A stretch of 64,000 bases of DNA from Desulfurivibrio sp. (GTDB lineage: Bacteria > Desulfobacterota > Desulfobulbia > Desulfobulbales > SURF-16), in assembly GCA_003605035.1 (NCBI GenBank), contig QZKJ01000080.1, forward strand, positions 5,177 through 69,176. The letters are read 5' to 3'. A program made the translations under genes and the position numbers. The notes beneath the pieces were generated by a model that saw only the letters and a program-made list of their open reading frames with translations, did not search any database and had not been told where the DNA came from. This document shows positions 29,509 through 39,810 of this stretch, one piece after another. Positions within the stretch are counted from its first letter, which is position 1. Each line of letters begins with the position of its first letter.

Positions 29509-30012
29509 GATGGCCGGCTGCTGGGGCAGCAGCTTGGCGCGCAGTTCCTTGTCTTTGACGATGGAAAGAATGATGGTGGAGCCGCTTTCCAGATAAGGGT
29601 AGAAAAAGGACTGGCGGAAGATCGGGCTGGCGCCGGAGATAAACAGGGCGAGACCCATGAAAAGCAGGCAGGAGACAAAGGTGGCCTTGGCCAGGCCCAG
29701 CAGACCGCCCAGTAATCTGTCAAACCAGCCGAGCAGCGAGATGGACATGATCTGTTTGAAAATGTTGCCGAGCAGAATGACGGCGCCAAAGGTAATAACA
29801 AAGAGGAAGATGTAGGCAATAAAAAAACCGGCCTGCTGGTTGGTGATAAAGGGCAGGACAAAATGGGCGGATTCCCCGTAAAAGCGGCCGGCCACCACAA
29901 AGCCGATGATCAGTGCGGCGATGGAGGCAAGCTGTCTTATGAAGCCGATCCAGATTCCTCTGGCCAGAAAAATAACAAGGGTGATGATAATGACAACATC
30001 TAAGATTGACAT
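29449..30012 (-). CDS. cvpA: CvpA-family membrane protein
   Basis: 187 aa with four hydrophobic segments and the N-terminus MSILDVVIIITLVIFLARGIWIGFIRQL, typical of CvpA. Confidence 0.78.
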   Translation of the reverse strand: MSILDVVIIITLVIFLARGIWIGFIRQLASIAALIIGFVVAGRFYGESAHFVLPFITNQQAGFFIAYIFLFVITFGAVILLGNIFKQIMSISLLGWFDRLLGGLLGLAKATFVSCLLFMGLALFISGASPIFRQSFFYPYLESGSTIILSIVKDKELRAKLLPQQPAISTFMDNTIEFGKKIQGKTE

Positions 30013-30093
30013 GGCGTAACGTCCCTGCTCCGATTAAGATATTTTTCCCCCATAAACCATAAAGTTTGCGGAAGCACAAAGAAAAAATATGCC

Positions 30094-30876
30094 ATGCTAG
30101 AAAATCTGACCGGCGGGGACACGGAACTCTTTCGCCTGCCGCCGGTTTTCCCGTCGCCGGCACAAATTATCAGGGTTAACCTCGAAGTGTTGACGAGTGC
30201 TCTGGAGGCAGAGGCAGGTGATGCTCTTGCTCTGCGCTATCTTTGTCCGCAGGAGCGGGCACGATTGCATGCCTTTCGCCATGAAAAAAGGAAAGTTGAA
30301 TGGCTGGCCGGCCGCATCGCGGCCAAATGCGCGGGACTGCTGCTGCAGCACGAGCAGGAGGAAATCCGCCATGACAGGCACCACTGGCAGCAGCTGCAGG
30401 TCACAAACGACCAGGCCGGCAGGCCATATCTGCTCTGGTCGACGCCGGAAAAAAGCTCCCAGGTGCACATTTCCATCTCGCACAGCAGCGGCTATGCCAT
30501 TGCCATGGCCGCCCGGGAAAATTGCGGTATTGATATCCAGCTGGTAACGCCTGCGGTGGAGCGGGTCGAGGCGCGTTTTGCCTGTGCCGCCGAAAAAAAC
30601 ATCCTCGGGGAAGTTGCCAGGCTGCACGGCAGCCAGGCTGCCCTGACGCTGCTCTGGTCGGCCAAAGAGGCGGTGAAAAAATCCTGCGGCAGGCCAAAAC
30701 TGCCGGGTTTTCTGGATATCGGGCTGCAGTCCCTGCAGAAGTCGGGGGATGCGTATCTCTTCGCGGTGCAGATCAACGCTGCAGAGTGCGGCCACCAGGC
30801 AGACCAGCAGATCTGGGTAAGACTGCACGCCGGCTTTGCTTATGCGGTAACCATGCAAAATCAGGGGAGAACATGA
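30094..30876 (+). CDS. 4'-phosphopantetheinyl transferase (Sfp type)
   Basis: RKVEWLAGRIAAKCA, ISISHSSGYAIAMA, GIDIQ, and WSAKEAVKK. Confidence 0.8.
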   Translation: MLENLTGGDTELFRLPPVFPSPAQIIRVNLEVLTSALEAEAGDALALRYLCPQERARLHAFRHEKRKVEWLAGRIAAKCAGLLLQHEQEEIRHDRHHWQQLQVTNDQAGRPYLLWSTPEKSSQVHISISHSSGYAIAMAARENCGIDIQLVTPAVERVEARFACAAEKNILGEVARLHGSQAALTLLWSAKEAVKKSCGRPKLPGFLDIGLQSLQKSGDAYLFAVQINAAECGHQADQQIWVRLHAGFAYAVTMQNQGRT

Positions 30877-31559
30877 AAAGGATCTCGGAACATATAGCCG
30901 CCATTCCCCTTTTCCAGGGGCTGACTGCGCAGCACTACGACGAGCTGGCCATGATCGTGGTGGATCAGGAGTTTCCGCGGGGCGGCCAGATCTTCGCCGA
31001 AGGAGATGCCGGCCATGGATTTTATGTCATTATTGACGGCAGGGTAAAAATTTTCAAACTCTCCTTTGACGGCAAAGAACAGATCCTGCACATCCTTGGC
31101 CCGGGAGAACCGTTTGCCGAGGTGGCGGTTTTTACCGGCTCCACCTATCCTGCCAATGCCATTGCCCTGGAAAAAAGCAGGCTGTTTTTTTTCCCGCGCA
31201 GGGCCTTTGCCGAACTGATCGCCAGGGAGCCTGCCCTGGCCATGAATATGCTGGCCACCCTCTCCCTGCGGCTGAAACAGTTTGCCCATATGATCGAGGC
31301 CTTGTCCCTCAAGGAGGTGCCGGGCCGGCTGGCTGCCTATATTCTGGTGGACAGCAGGCAGAACGGTAAAGAGCAGGCAGTCAGGCTGGCGGTTTCCAAA
31401 ACCCAGCTTGCCAGTCTGCTGGGCACCATTCCGGAAACGCTGTCACGTATTCTGGCCAAAATGAACAGACAGGGGTTGATTGCCATTGATGGTTCGACCA
31501 TCACCATTGTCGACCGGGAGGGGCTGGTTGCGCTGGCCGACGGGGAAACCCGTCTCTGA
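30873..31559 (+). CDS. Crp/Fnr-family transcriptional regulator
   Basis: cNMP-binding fold (IFAEGDAGHGFYVIIDGRVKIF..DGKEQIL) and a C-terminal HTH (SKTQLASLLGTIPETLSRILAKM). ATG 30873 forms an ATGA overlap with the preceding stop. Confidence 0.9.
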   Translation: MKRISEHIAAIPLFQGLTAQHYDELAMIVVDQEFPRGGQIFAEGDAGHGFYVIIDGRVKIFKLSFDGKEQILHILGPGEPFAEVAVFTGSTYPANAIALEKSRLFFFPRRAFAELIAREPALAMNMLATLSLRLKQFAHMIEALSLKEVPGRLAAYILVDSRQNGKEQAVRLAVSKTQLASLLGTIPETLSRILAKMNRQGLIAIDGSTITIVDREGLVALADGETRL

Positions 31560-31574
31560 CGCCGGTAAATCAGG

Positions 31575-33683
31575 TTACTGATCAAGCACAAACTCGTATT
31601 CGAGATTGCTCTTGGAGAAGTGCTGCAGGATATTTTTCAGGCCCTGGAGGTTTTCCACCTCAAAATTGATTTCCCAGGCCGTCACGTCCGGCCGTTTGGA
31701 CAGGGCGATGACTTCATCGATTTTCATGGCAACCGGGGCGACGCTGAGCAGCATGAAGATGCGGTTTCTGGCCACATTCTTGAAAATCAGCAGGGTCTGC
31801 GGTTTTTCCACCCTGGTTTTTTTCAAATGCCAGCGGACCGCCACCACATCTTCCCGCTGCAGCTTCATGGCATTCAGTTTCGGGCATTCCTTGCGGTGAA
31901 TGGACAGCCCCCGTTCACTGAGCAGGCCGAGCAGGCCTTTTTCAATCGGCAGGGGGTGGCAGCATTGGGAAAATTTGACACTGTCCTGGTCCAGGGTATC
32001 GAGCTCGATGCTGTTCAAGGCGCCGGTGGGCGGCTGCAGGGTTTGTCTGCCGGCATAAAGACCGTTTTTTATTTCATAGATAAGCTCTTTGAGCCGCAGC
32101 TGGCCCTGCCCCACATCCTGATAGAGTTCGTTCAGCGTGTGCTTTCCGAAATATTCCAGGATATCGACGGTTTCCTCGGATTCCAGGATGGCGAAGGGCA
32201 CGCCGTAGCGTTTCAGTTCCTGCCTGATCAGGGACTGGCCGATGTCAATGGCCAGGGCTTCCCGTTTCAGGCGAAAGACCCGGGAAAGTTCTGACCTGGC
32301 CCGCGGGGTCTGGCAGAGACGGATGATGTTCGGGTCAAATTTTACCGCTTTCTCCTGGGTGATGATTTTGACACGGTCGCCGTCCTTCAGCACATGGCCA
32401 GGCGGCACAATCTTGGAGCCGACCTTGGCGGACAGGCAGTGCAATCCCACCTCGGTATGCACCTTGAAGGCAAAATCAAGCACAATGCTCTGGCTGGGCA
32501 GGCAGATGCGCTCGCCCTTCGGGGTGTAAGTGTAAATCTCTTTTTTGCCGCTGGCGGCGATCATCTCCCGGTAGGAGATGGCATCATCGGCGCCGAGAAT
32601 ACCGAACATCTCCCGGATGTCCTGCTCAAAACTGCTGGGCACGGTACCGGAGGAGAGCCATTCCCTGATAATGCCCCTTCTGGCATCGCTGACCATTTGC
32701 AGCGTTCTTATTTTAAACAGATAGTTCTGTCCCTTGATGTTGGCCCTGGCATGCAGGCTCTGGTAGCCGGTGGGTTTTGGATTGGCGATAAAGTCGCGGA
32801 TGGTGCGCGGAATGGGCGGGAAATGCTGGTTGACGATGCCCAGGGCCCGGTAGCAGGTCTGCAGGTCATCAACCACGATGATGATTTCCAGGGGGTTTTC
32901 AATCTGCTTGACCAGGACATTCCTGGCAAAATCATAATAGGCCCACAGTCCCTTGGCCTTGAGCCGAATATCCGCTGAGATCCAGGCCTCTTCAAAGGCC
33001 TCCCGCAGGGTTTCCAGGATAGCCAGGGCCTCCTTGCGGTTTTCCTGCTGGGAAATCAGGGATTTGAGCCTCTGGCTCTGGCGGGGGAATTTGTGGGCCA
33101 GGGCCAGGTCATAGAGTTCGCGCTTGAGGCCGAAGAGGCCCATGACGCCGGCCATGGGGGCGTAAACACTTAGGGTTTCGTCCGCGATTTTCTGGCGTTT
33201 ATGTTTGGGCATGGAGTCCATGGTGCGCAGGTTGTGCAGCCGATCGGCCAGCTTGATCAGCATGATCTCCACCCGGGAGGCGGCGCCTGAAAAAATTTTG
33301 CGGTGCACCAGCTTGTAAAAGGTCTGCCGGTCCCCGGCAAAATGGCTGATTTTCGTGCAGCCATCCACAATCTCCGCCACGTTTTTGCCGAAGATGGAGC
33401 TGATGACCTCGGCGCTCACTTCAGGCACATCCTCGATGGTATCGTGCAGCATGGCGGCTGCCAGGGTCAGCGGGTCCTTGACGCCAAGTTCGTCAACCAG
33501 GATCAGCGCCACCTGGCAGGGGTGGCTGACATAGGCCTCCCCGGATTTTCTCTTCTGGTTCTGGTGGGCGTCAACCGAAAAGGATAAGGCCTTCCAGAAC
33601 AGCGAGGCTTTGCCTTCCTGACCGCCGATGGTTTTTTCCATGCGTTTGCAGTAGGCGGCAATGTCAAATTTGTTGGCGGACAT
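31575..33683 (-). CDS. rel: Bifunctional (p)ppGpp synthetase/hydrolase, RelA/SpoT family
   Basis: HD hydrolase domain (HQNQKRKSGEAYVSHP..LHDTIEDV), synthetase domain (YQSLH), and TGS and ACT-like C-terminal regions. 702 aa. Confidence 0.93.
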   Translation of the reverse strand: MSANKFDIAAYCKRMEKTIGGQEGKASLFWKALSFSVDAHQNQKRKSGEAYVSHPCQVALILVDELGVKDPLTLAAAMLHDTIEDVPEVSAEVISSIFGKNVAEIVDGCTKISHFAGDRQTFYKLVHRKIFSGAASRVEIMLIKLADRLHNLRTMDSMPKHKRQKIADETLSVYAPMAGVMGLFGLKRELYDLALAHKFPRQSQRLKSLISQQENRKEALAILETLREAFEEAWISADIRLKAKGLWAYYDFARNVLVKQIENPLEIIIVVDDLQTCYRALGIVNQHFPPIPRTIRDFIANPKPTGYQSLHARANIKGQNYLFKIRTLQMVSDARRGIIREWLSSGTVPSSFEQDIREMFGILGADDAISYREMIAASGKKEIYTYTPKGERICLPSQSIVLDFAFKVHTEVGLHCLSAKVGSKIVPPGHVLKDGDRVKIITQEKAVKFDPNIIRLCQTPRARSELSRVFRLKREALAIDIGQSLIRQELKRYGVPFAILESEETVDILEYFGKHTLNELYQDVGQGQLRLKELIYEIKNGLYAGRQTLQPPTGALNSIELDTLDQDSVKFSQCCHPLPIEKGLLGLLSERGLSIHRKECPKLNAMKLQREDVVAVRWHLKKTRVEKPQTLLIFKNVARNRIFMLLSVAPVAMKIDEVIALSKRPDVTAWEINFEVENLQGLKNILQHFSKSNLEYEFVLDQ

Positions 33684-33809
33684 AGGAAAAAAGTTTCAGG
33701 TTTGCCGGTTAAAATGGTAAGGTTTTCGGAAGTGTTGTGTAAACATTTCTTATTATTAAAATTATATTTCGAAAAATGAAAGCGGAAAAATGGATATTTT
33801 GGAGTGAAC

Positions 33810-36089
33810 ATGGCGCCCAGGAGAATAAGTAAAATAAAAGAAAGCAAAAGGCAGAGCCGGAGAATAGAAAAAGCCAGGCATTCCAGGCAGTTTCCCCGCA
33901 AGTATGAGTCAGGGAGGCGGACACCGCTCACCACCGCCGAGGGTGGGGCAGGGCGGCTGGTGGATGATATCATCGGCTTTCTCTATGAACATGGCGGTGA
34001 GGCGGAATTGAAAGAGCTGGCCGGCGCCCTGGTGATGACCCGGGGCCAGCGCAAAGAGATCGAGAGCATGCTGGATGATCTCTGCCACCATAACATCGTC
34101 CACAAGATTGCCAAAAAGCAGTTCAGGCTGCTTACCGAAAATTTCATCGCCGGCAAGCTGACGGTCAATCCCCGGGGCTTCGGCTTTGTCACCCCGGCCG
34201 CCGAGCATGCGCTGGTGCCGGCCGGCAAAGACCTGTTTATCCCGGCCCGGGAACTGGGCACGGCCCTGCACGGCGATCAGGTGCTGCTGCAGATAACCGG
34301 CAGCAGCCGGGGACGGTTTGAGGCCCGGGTGGTGAAGGTGCTGGAGCGGACCATCAAGCAGCTGGTGGGGATTTATACGGCCGGCCGGCCAGGGGGCCTG
34401 GTGACCCCTGATGATGAGCGTTTCCCCTTTACCATCGCCATCGGGGAAAAGCAGACAAACGGAGCTGCTGATGGCGATGCGGTGCTGGTCGAAATCGCCG
34501 AATTCGGTCTGGAAGGCGGCCAGGCCAGAGGGAGCATCACCAAGGTGCTCGGCAATCCGGATTCCTCGCCGGTGCAGATGCAGATGGTGATCGAAAAATT
34601 CGAGCTGCCCCATGTCTTCAGCGAGCAGAGCCTGGCCGCGGCGGCGGCCTTTACTGACAGGGTGGAGTTGACCCCGGATCGCACGGATCTGCGGGATATT
34701 CTGCATGTGACCATTGATGGCGAGACTGCCCGGGATTTTGATGACGCGGTGTCGGTGCAGAAGACGAAAAAAGGCTACCGGCTGTATGTGTCCATCGCCG
34801 ATGTCAGCCATTATGTCCAACCGGGCACTGCCCTGGACCAGGATGCCTGGGCCCGGGGAACCAGCGTCTATTTCCCCACCGGGGTGGTGCCCATGCTGCC
34901 GGAGCGGCTGTCAAATGATCTCTGCAGCCTTAACCCCGAAGTTGACCGCTACGCCTTTACCGCGGTGCTGGATTTTGATCGCAGCGGCAACCGGCAGCAG
35001 ATGCGTTTTGTCAAAAGCGTCATCAGAAGCCAATACCGGCTGACCTATACCCTGGTGCGGCAGATTCTGGTGGATCAGGACCGGGAAATCCGCCGAAACT
35101 ACAAGCCCCTGCTGACCCCGCTCAAGTGGATGGCGGAACTCGGGGCGGAGCTCGAAAAAAAGCGCATCGCCCGGGGCAGCATGGGATTTGAGATTCCCGA
35201 ACCCTACGTGGAGTTCGGCCCCGACGATACCATTGCCGCCATTAAACTGCGGGAGCGCAACCAGGCCCATAAAATTATCGAGGAGTTCATGCTGGCAGCC
35301 AATGAGGCGGTGGCGGAAACCTTTGCCGCCCGCCAGTTTGGCTCACTCTACCGGATTCATGAGAGCCCGGACCCGCTGAAGGTGGCGGAGTTTGCCGAGT
35401 TCATGCAGTCAATGGGCTATGAGGTGCCCCGCAACCGGGAAAATCTGTCGTCCAAATGGTTCAACAAAATGATCAACCTGACCCGCGGCACCGCCCGGGA
35501 GTATCTGATCAGCAATCTGATCCTGCGGGTCATGCAGCAGGCCCGCTACTCGCCGGAAAATGTCGGCCATTTCGGTCTGGCGGCCCTTTATTACACCCAT
35601 TTCACCTCGCCGATCAGACGCTATCCGGACTTGATCGTGCATCGCTCCCTCAAGCGTCTGCTGTGGCCGGAGGACCAAAAAGGCCCGGCAGGCAAACTGC
35701 AGGAGGCCGGTGAATTTCTCTCCAAACGAGAGAGGGTGGCGGTGGATGCCGAAAGGGAGATGCTGGACCGGCTCAAGGTCCGTTTCATGGCAGATAAACT
35801 GGGCGAGACCTTTCGCGGCATTATCTCCGGCATCACCGCCTTCGGGCTCTTCGTGGAATTAACCGAGACCATGATCAGCGGGGGCGTATCCATGGCTGAC
35901 CTGCCCCGGGGCGGCTATGAGTTTCAGGAAAAACGCCACTGCCTGATCAGCAGGCTGACCGGCAGAAGTTATCAGGTGGGGGATCTGATCTTCGTGCGGC
36001 TGATCAATGTGGATAAGCGGGCGAGAAGGATCAATTTCGTGCTGAGCGAGGATGAGCAGGAAAACGGCTCCGGTAAGCCGTTGCAATAA
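33810..36089 (+). CDS. rnr: Ribonuclease R
   Basis: Cold-shock/OB N-terminal region, RNB domain (DGETARDFDDAVSV, SVYFPTGVVPMLPERLSN, HFGLAALYYTHFTSPIRRYPDL), and a C-terminal S1 domain. The start is set to ATG 33810 (SD ggag); the track start 33804 is a GTG. Confidence 0.92.
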   Translation: MAPRRISKIKESKRQSRRIEKARHSRQFPRKYESGRRTPLTTAEGGAGRLVDDIIGFLYEHGGEAELKELAGALVMTRGQRKEIESMLDDLCHHNIVHKIAKKQFRLLTENFIAGKLTVNPRGFGFVTPAAEHALVPAGKDLFIPARELGTALHGDQVLLQITGSSRGRFEARVVKVLERTIKQLVGIYTAGRPGGLVTPDDERFPFTIAIGEKQTNGAADGDAVLVEIAEFGLEGGQARGSITKVLGNPDSSPVQMQMVIEKFELPHVFSEQSLAAAAAFTDRVELTPDRTDLRDILHVTIDGETARDFDDAVSVQKTKKGYRLYVSIADVSHYVQPGTALDQDAWARGTSVYFPTGVVPMLPERLSNDLCSLNPEVDRYAFTAVLDFDRSGNRQQMRFVKSVIRSQYRLTYTLVRQILVDQDREIRRNYKPLLTPLKWMAELGAELEKKRIARGSMGFEIPEPYVEFGPDDTIAAIKLRERNQAHKIIEEFMLAANEAVAETFAARQFGSLYRIHESPDPLKVAEFAEFMQSMGYEVPRNRENLSSKWFNKMINLTRGTAREYLISNLILRVMQQARYSPENVGHFGLAALYYTHFTSPIRRYPDLIVHRSLKRLLWPEDQKGPAGKLQEAGEFLSKRERVAVDAEREMLDRLKVRFMADKLGETFRGIISGITAFGLFVELTETMISGGVSMADLPRGGYEFQEKRHCLISRLTGRSYQVGDLIFVRLINVDKRARRINFVLSEDEQENGSGKPLQ

Positions 36090-36202
36090 AATAATATCGC
36101 CGTCCGGTTATCAGAGACGGCATAAGGAGCCGTAACGAAATGCTCAAAATGAAGAGGATATTTCGTAACGGCTCCTAAGTAAACGGGGGGCAGGGTATTT
36201 TC

Positions 36203-37003
36203 ATGCAGAGCGCTGCTGACGTCCGCACCGCCACCACTGAGATCAGCCGGCAGCTGATGGGCAATGTGGCCATTGTCCTGGTCGGCCCCAGGCATCCGGA
36301 AAACATCGGCGCCGCCGCCCGCATTGCCGCCAATATGGGCATCAGGCAGCTGCTGCTCGTCGGCGCTGCGCCCCCTGATCAGGAAAGGATGAGCAAGACC
36401 GCCACCCACCATAACCGCGGGCTTCTTGATGCGCTGCAGATCCATGCTGATCTCGGCCAGGCCCTGGTCCCCTTCAGCTGGGTGGTGGGCACCAGCGCCC
36501 GCCAGGGGCGGCAGCGGCGGCTCCTTACCAGCCCGCGGCGCCTGGTGGCCGATCTGCTGCCGAAACTTGCCGAAAACCGGGTAGCCCTGCTCTTTGGTCC
36601 GGAAGACCGCGGACTGACCAATGAGCAGCTCAAATTCTGTAATGCCGTGGCCTGTATTCCCACCGCGGATTTCGCCTCCATCAATCTGGCCCAGGCCGTG
36701 GCCATCCTCTCCTATGAGCTGTACACCGGGGTGCTGCAGTCTCACAGTGAGAACGGCAGCAGAACCTGTGCAAAACTGGCGCAGTCCGGCGAGCTGGAAG
36801 GCATGTATGAGCAGATTGCCCTGACCCTGCGGCAAATGAATTTTTTGAAAGAAATGGACTACGGCTACTGGCTGCATAATATCCGTAATTTTCTCGGCCG
36901 CATTGGTCTGCGTTCCCGGGAAGTAAAGTTTATCAGGGGATTTTGCCGGCAGGTGATCAGCCTGGCGGCAGAAAAAGATGGACAGCGCGGAAAACAGGGA
37001 TAA
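36203..37003 (+). CDS. trmJ: SpoU/TrmH-family RNA 2'-O-methyltransferase (TrmJ-like)
   Basis: IVLVGPRHPENIGAAARIAANMG, LLFGPEDRGLTNE, IPT, and SINLAQAVAI. Confidence 0.78.
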   Translation: MQSAADVRTATTEISRQLMGNVAIVLVGPRHPENIGAAARIAANMGIRQLLLVGAAPPDQERMSKTATHHNRGLLDALQIHADLGQALVPFSWVVGTSARQGRQRRLLTSPRRLVADLLPKLAENRVALLFGPEDRGLTNEQLKFCNAVACIPTADFASINLAQAVAILSYELYTGVLQSHSENGSRTCAKLAQSGELEGMYEQIALTLRQMNFLKEMDYGYWLHNIRNFLGRIGLRSREVKFIRGFCRQVISLAAEKDGQRGKQG

Positions 37004-37574
37004 GGAGCGCAGTGGCTTGCGCCGCCGCATCCTGGCGGCCAGGGAGAATCTTGCCCCGGACCTGCGGGCCGAGAAAAGCAGGTTGATTCGGGAAAACGTG
37101 CTGCAGATTGACCGGGTCAGACAGGCAGAACTGGTCATGCTCTATGTGAATTTCAGAAGCGAGGTGGAAACCTTTGCCCTGTTTGCCGCCTTGCACCGGC
37201 GGAATATCCTGACCTGCGCCCCCTTGACCCTGGCCAGCGACCATCGCCTGGCAAGCTTCCTGATTACTGACCCGGCCTCGCAGCTGCGGCCCGGCTATTG
37301 CCGGATTCCGGAGCCTGATCCCGACCGGACCGCCCCGGTTGCCCCGGCCGCCATCGAGGTTGTGCTGCTGCCCGGAGCAGTCTTTGATCTGCAGGGCGGC
37401 CGCCTGGGCTACGGCGGCGGCTATTATGACCGCTTTCTGGCCCAGGCAGCTCCCCAGGCCCTGCGTGTCGGGCTGGCTTATGCAATGCAAGTTGTTGACA
37501 GGGTGCCGGTTCTGGAGCATGATGTAAAACTGCATTATCTGGTAACGGAAAAGGGGATCAGAAAAATAGGATAA
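36978..37574 (+). CDS. 5-formyltetrahydrofolate cyclo-ligase
   Basis: LRRRILAARENL, VLLPGAVFDLQGGRLGYGGGYYDRFL. Overlaps the trmJ-like gene by 26 nt. Confidence 0.87.
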   Translation: MDSAENRDKERSGLRRRILAARENLAPDLRAEKSRLIRENVLQIDRVRQAELVMLYVNFRSEVETFALFAALHRRNILTCAPLTLASDHRLASFLITDPASQLRPGYCRIPEPDPDRTAPVAPAAIEVVLLPGAVFDLQGGRLGYGGGYYDRFLAQAAPQALRVGLAYAMQVVDRVPVLEHDVKLHYLVTEKGIRKIG

Positions 37575-37577
37575 GCC

Positions 37578-38621
37578 ATGAGAAAGACCGCTGTACTGCT
37601 GGATAATCTGTTTCTCGAGCATGATCCGGGCCACGGTCATGTTGAGTCGCCGGAGCGGCTGCGGGTGATCTATGAAGAGCTGACCAAACCGGCTATCCGG
37701 GAAAATCTGCTTTTCCCGCCTCTGAAACCGGCCGGTCATGAGGTGCTGCGGCTCATTCATACGGAGGCCCATATCGCCAGGGTGGCGGCTACCAGCGGCA
37801 AGCGCTTTGATCTGCTGGATGCCGATACCACCACCTCGCCCCGTTCGTATGAGGCCGCCTGTCTGGCTGCCGGGGCATTGGTGGAAGGGGCCAGGCTGCT
37901 GGCCGCCGGGGGAATTGATAACTGTTTCGCCCTGGTACGGCCGCCGGGGCACCATGCGGAGAGCACCCACGGCAAGGGTTTCTGCCTCTTTAACAATGTG
38001 GCCATTGCCGCCGCCTATGCCATCAGCGAGCTGCAGGTAAACAAGGTGCTGATCATCGACTGGGACCTGCATCACGGCAACGGCACCCAGCACAGCTTCT
38101 ATGATACTGATCAGGTGCTCTATTTTTCCACCCACCAGTACCCTTTTTACCCAGGGACCGGCGCGGCCCTGGAGAATGGCGAGGGCGCGGGCCTGGGGTA
38201 CACCATCAATGTGCCGCTGCCCGGCGGCCAGGGGGATGAGGCCTTTGCCCGGATTTTCAATTCCCTGCTGGTGCCGGTCGCCAGGCAGTATCAGCCGGAA
38301 ATGATCATGGTTTCCGCGGGCTTTGATATTTATAAGGGTGATCCGCTGGGGTCCATGCAGGTCACGGCCGACGGCTTTGCCTATCTGACCCGTCTGCTGG
38401 TTGAACTGGCGGCTGAACTCTGCGGGGGACGGCTGCTGCTGACCCTGGAGGGCGGCTATAACGTGGCCGGCCAGCGTGACGGGGTGCTGGCCGTGCTTGA
38501 CGAACTCACCGGCCGGAAATTTCTGTCTGACGAGACGTATGCCCGCCTGAGTCGCTCCGCTGTTGCGGTGCCGGGCCTTGACACTGCACAAAAAATTGCA
38601 AAAAACTATTGGAAACTGTAA
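37578..38621 (+). CDS. Histone deacetylase-family amidohydrolase (AcuC/Hda-like)
   Basis: RPPGHHAE, GFCLFNNVA, IIDWDLHHGNGTQ, SAGFD, and LEGGYN. Confidence 0.9.
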   Translation: MRKTAVLLDNLFLEHDPGHGHVESPERLRVIYEELTKPAIRENLLFPPLKPAGHEVLRLIHTEAHIARVAATSGKRFDLLDADTTTSPRSYEAACLAAGALVEGARLLAAGGIDNCFALVRPPGHHAESTHGKGFCLFNNVAIAAAYAISELQVNKVLIIDWDLHHGNGTQHSFYDTDQVLYFSTHQYPFYPGTGAALENGEGAGLGYTINVPLPGGQGDEAFARIFNSLLVPVARQYQPEMIMVSAGFDIYKGDPLGSMQVTADGFAYLTRLLVELAAELCGGRLLLTLEGGYNVAGQRDGVLAVLDELTGRKFLSDETYARLSRSAVAVPGLDTAQKIAKNYWKL

Positions 38622-38667
38622 AGTGGCCAGCTTAAGGGAATTTCCCTCGGCGCTGTTTTACTAAAAA

Positions 38668-39768
38668 ATGCATAAAGGTTGCTCTGTGCCATCAATCCGT
38701 CCGCATAATTCTTCCCTGCCGCAAAGCAAGATTCTGCTTGCTGATGACGATTCGCTGGTTCGTGATGCGGTGGTGAAGATTCTCGAGCTGTTCGGTCATC
38801 AGGTTATCGCCGTTGATGACGGCCGGGCGGCCTTGAACCTGGTCAGCGATGATATTGATACCATCATCCTGGACATCAACATGCCCGGCATGAACGGCTT
38901 TGAAACCATCAAGGCCCTGAATGAGAAGAAATCCGATATCCCCGTCCTGTTTCTGACCGGGGCCGGGTCCATGGAATTTGCGGTCAAGGCCATCAATCTC
39001 GGCGCCTATGATTTTATCTCCAAACCGATCGAGGATCTTGATCTCTTTGATGTCAAGATCCGGCGGGCCATCGAGAAGAAGATGTTTCTCCGGCGGGAAA
39101 AGACCTACAAGGAGAATCTGGAAAAAGAGGTCAGGAAAAAAACCAGGGAGCTGGCGGAAAAGAATCTGCTTCTGGAAAAATACAGCCATCATCTCGAAGT
39201 CTCTACCGTTAATACCATCATCACCTTGAACACCGCCCTGGAGGAGAAGGACCAGTATACCGCCGGCCATACCAAGCGGGTGACCGAGTACTCCAAGATC
39301 ATCGGCCTGGCCATGGGCCTGCCCCGGGAGGATCTCGATGTGCTGACCAGGGCCTGCCAGCTGCATGATATCGGCAAGCTGGTCATTGATGTGAGCTGCA
39401 TCCAGAAACCGGGGCCCTTGAGCGACGAGGAATGGATCCTGGTGAAAAAGCATCCGGAAATCGGCGAAAATATCATCAAACCCCTGAACTTTCTCGAACG
39501 TGAGGGGGAGATTGTCCGCCACCATCATGAACGGCTGGATGGCCGAGGCTATCCTGACGGCCTGGTGGGCGATGAAATCAACCTGTTGACCAAAATCGTC
39601 ACCGTGGCCGACAGTTTCGATGCCATGACCTCCAAGCGCAGCTACAAGATCAACATGAGCAAGCCCGAGGCGGTGGCCGAGCTGAGGGCCCACAGCAACA
39701 CCCAGTTCGACCCCCTGGTGGTCGAAAGTTTTGCCGCCATTCTCAGCGGAAGCGGTGCGGGCGGCTGA
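38668..39768 (+). CDS. Response regulator with HD-GYP domain (predicted c-di-GMP phosphodiesterase, RpfG-like)
   Basis: Receiver ILLADDDSLV..ILDINMPGMNGFE. HD-GYP block GHTKRV, LHDIGKL, HHERLDGRGYPDGL. Confidence 0.9.
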   Translation: MHKGCSVPSIRPHNSSLPQSKILLADDDSLVRDAVVKILELFGHQVIAVDDGRAALNLVSDDIDTIILDINMPGMNGFETIKALNEKKSDIPVLFLTGAGSMEFAVKAINLGAYDFISKPIEDLDLFDVKIRRAIEKKMFLRREKTYKENLEKEVRKKTRELAEKNLLLEKYSHHLEVSTVNTIITLNTALEEKDQYTAGHTKRVTEYSKIIGLAMGLPREDLDVLTRACQLHDIGKLVIDVSCIQKPGPLSDEEWILVKKHPEIGENIIKPLNFLEREGEIVRHHHERLDGRGYPDGLVGDEINLLTKIVTVADSFDAMTSKRSYKINMSKPEAVAELRAHSNTQFDPLVVESFAAILSGSGAGG

Positions 39769-39810
39769 TCCGGCTGCTTAATCAATACCTCCTTATTTCA
39801 GTTGGCTATA

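Noticed and set aside
36096-36175. Two hairpins after rnr (gccgtc..gacggc at 36099-36121; a 16-bp stem with 1 mismatch at 36126-36141/36160-36175) and a 12-codon mini-ORF (ATG 36140, MLKMKRIFRNGS) with an AAGGAG 10 nt upstream
   Set aside because: The hairpins lack a following U-tract, so I do not call an intrinsic terminator with confidence. The mini-ORF and its SD are formed by the hairpin arms themselves and are most likely coincidental. The region may still act as an rnr 3' structure.
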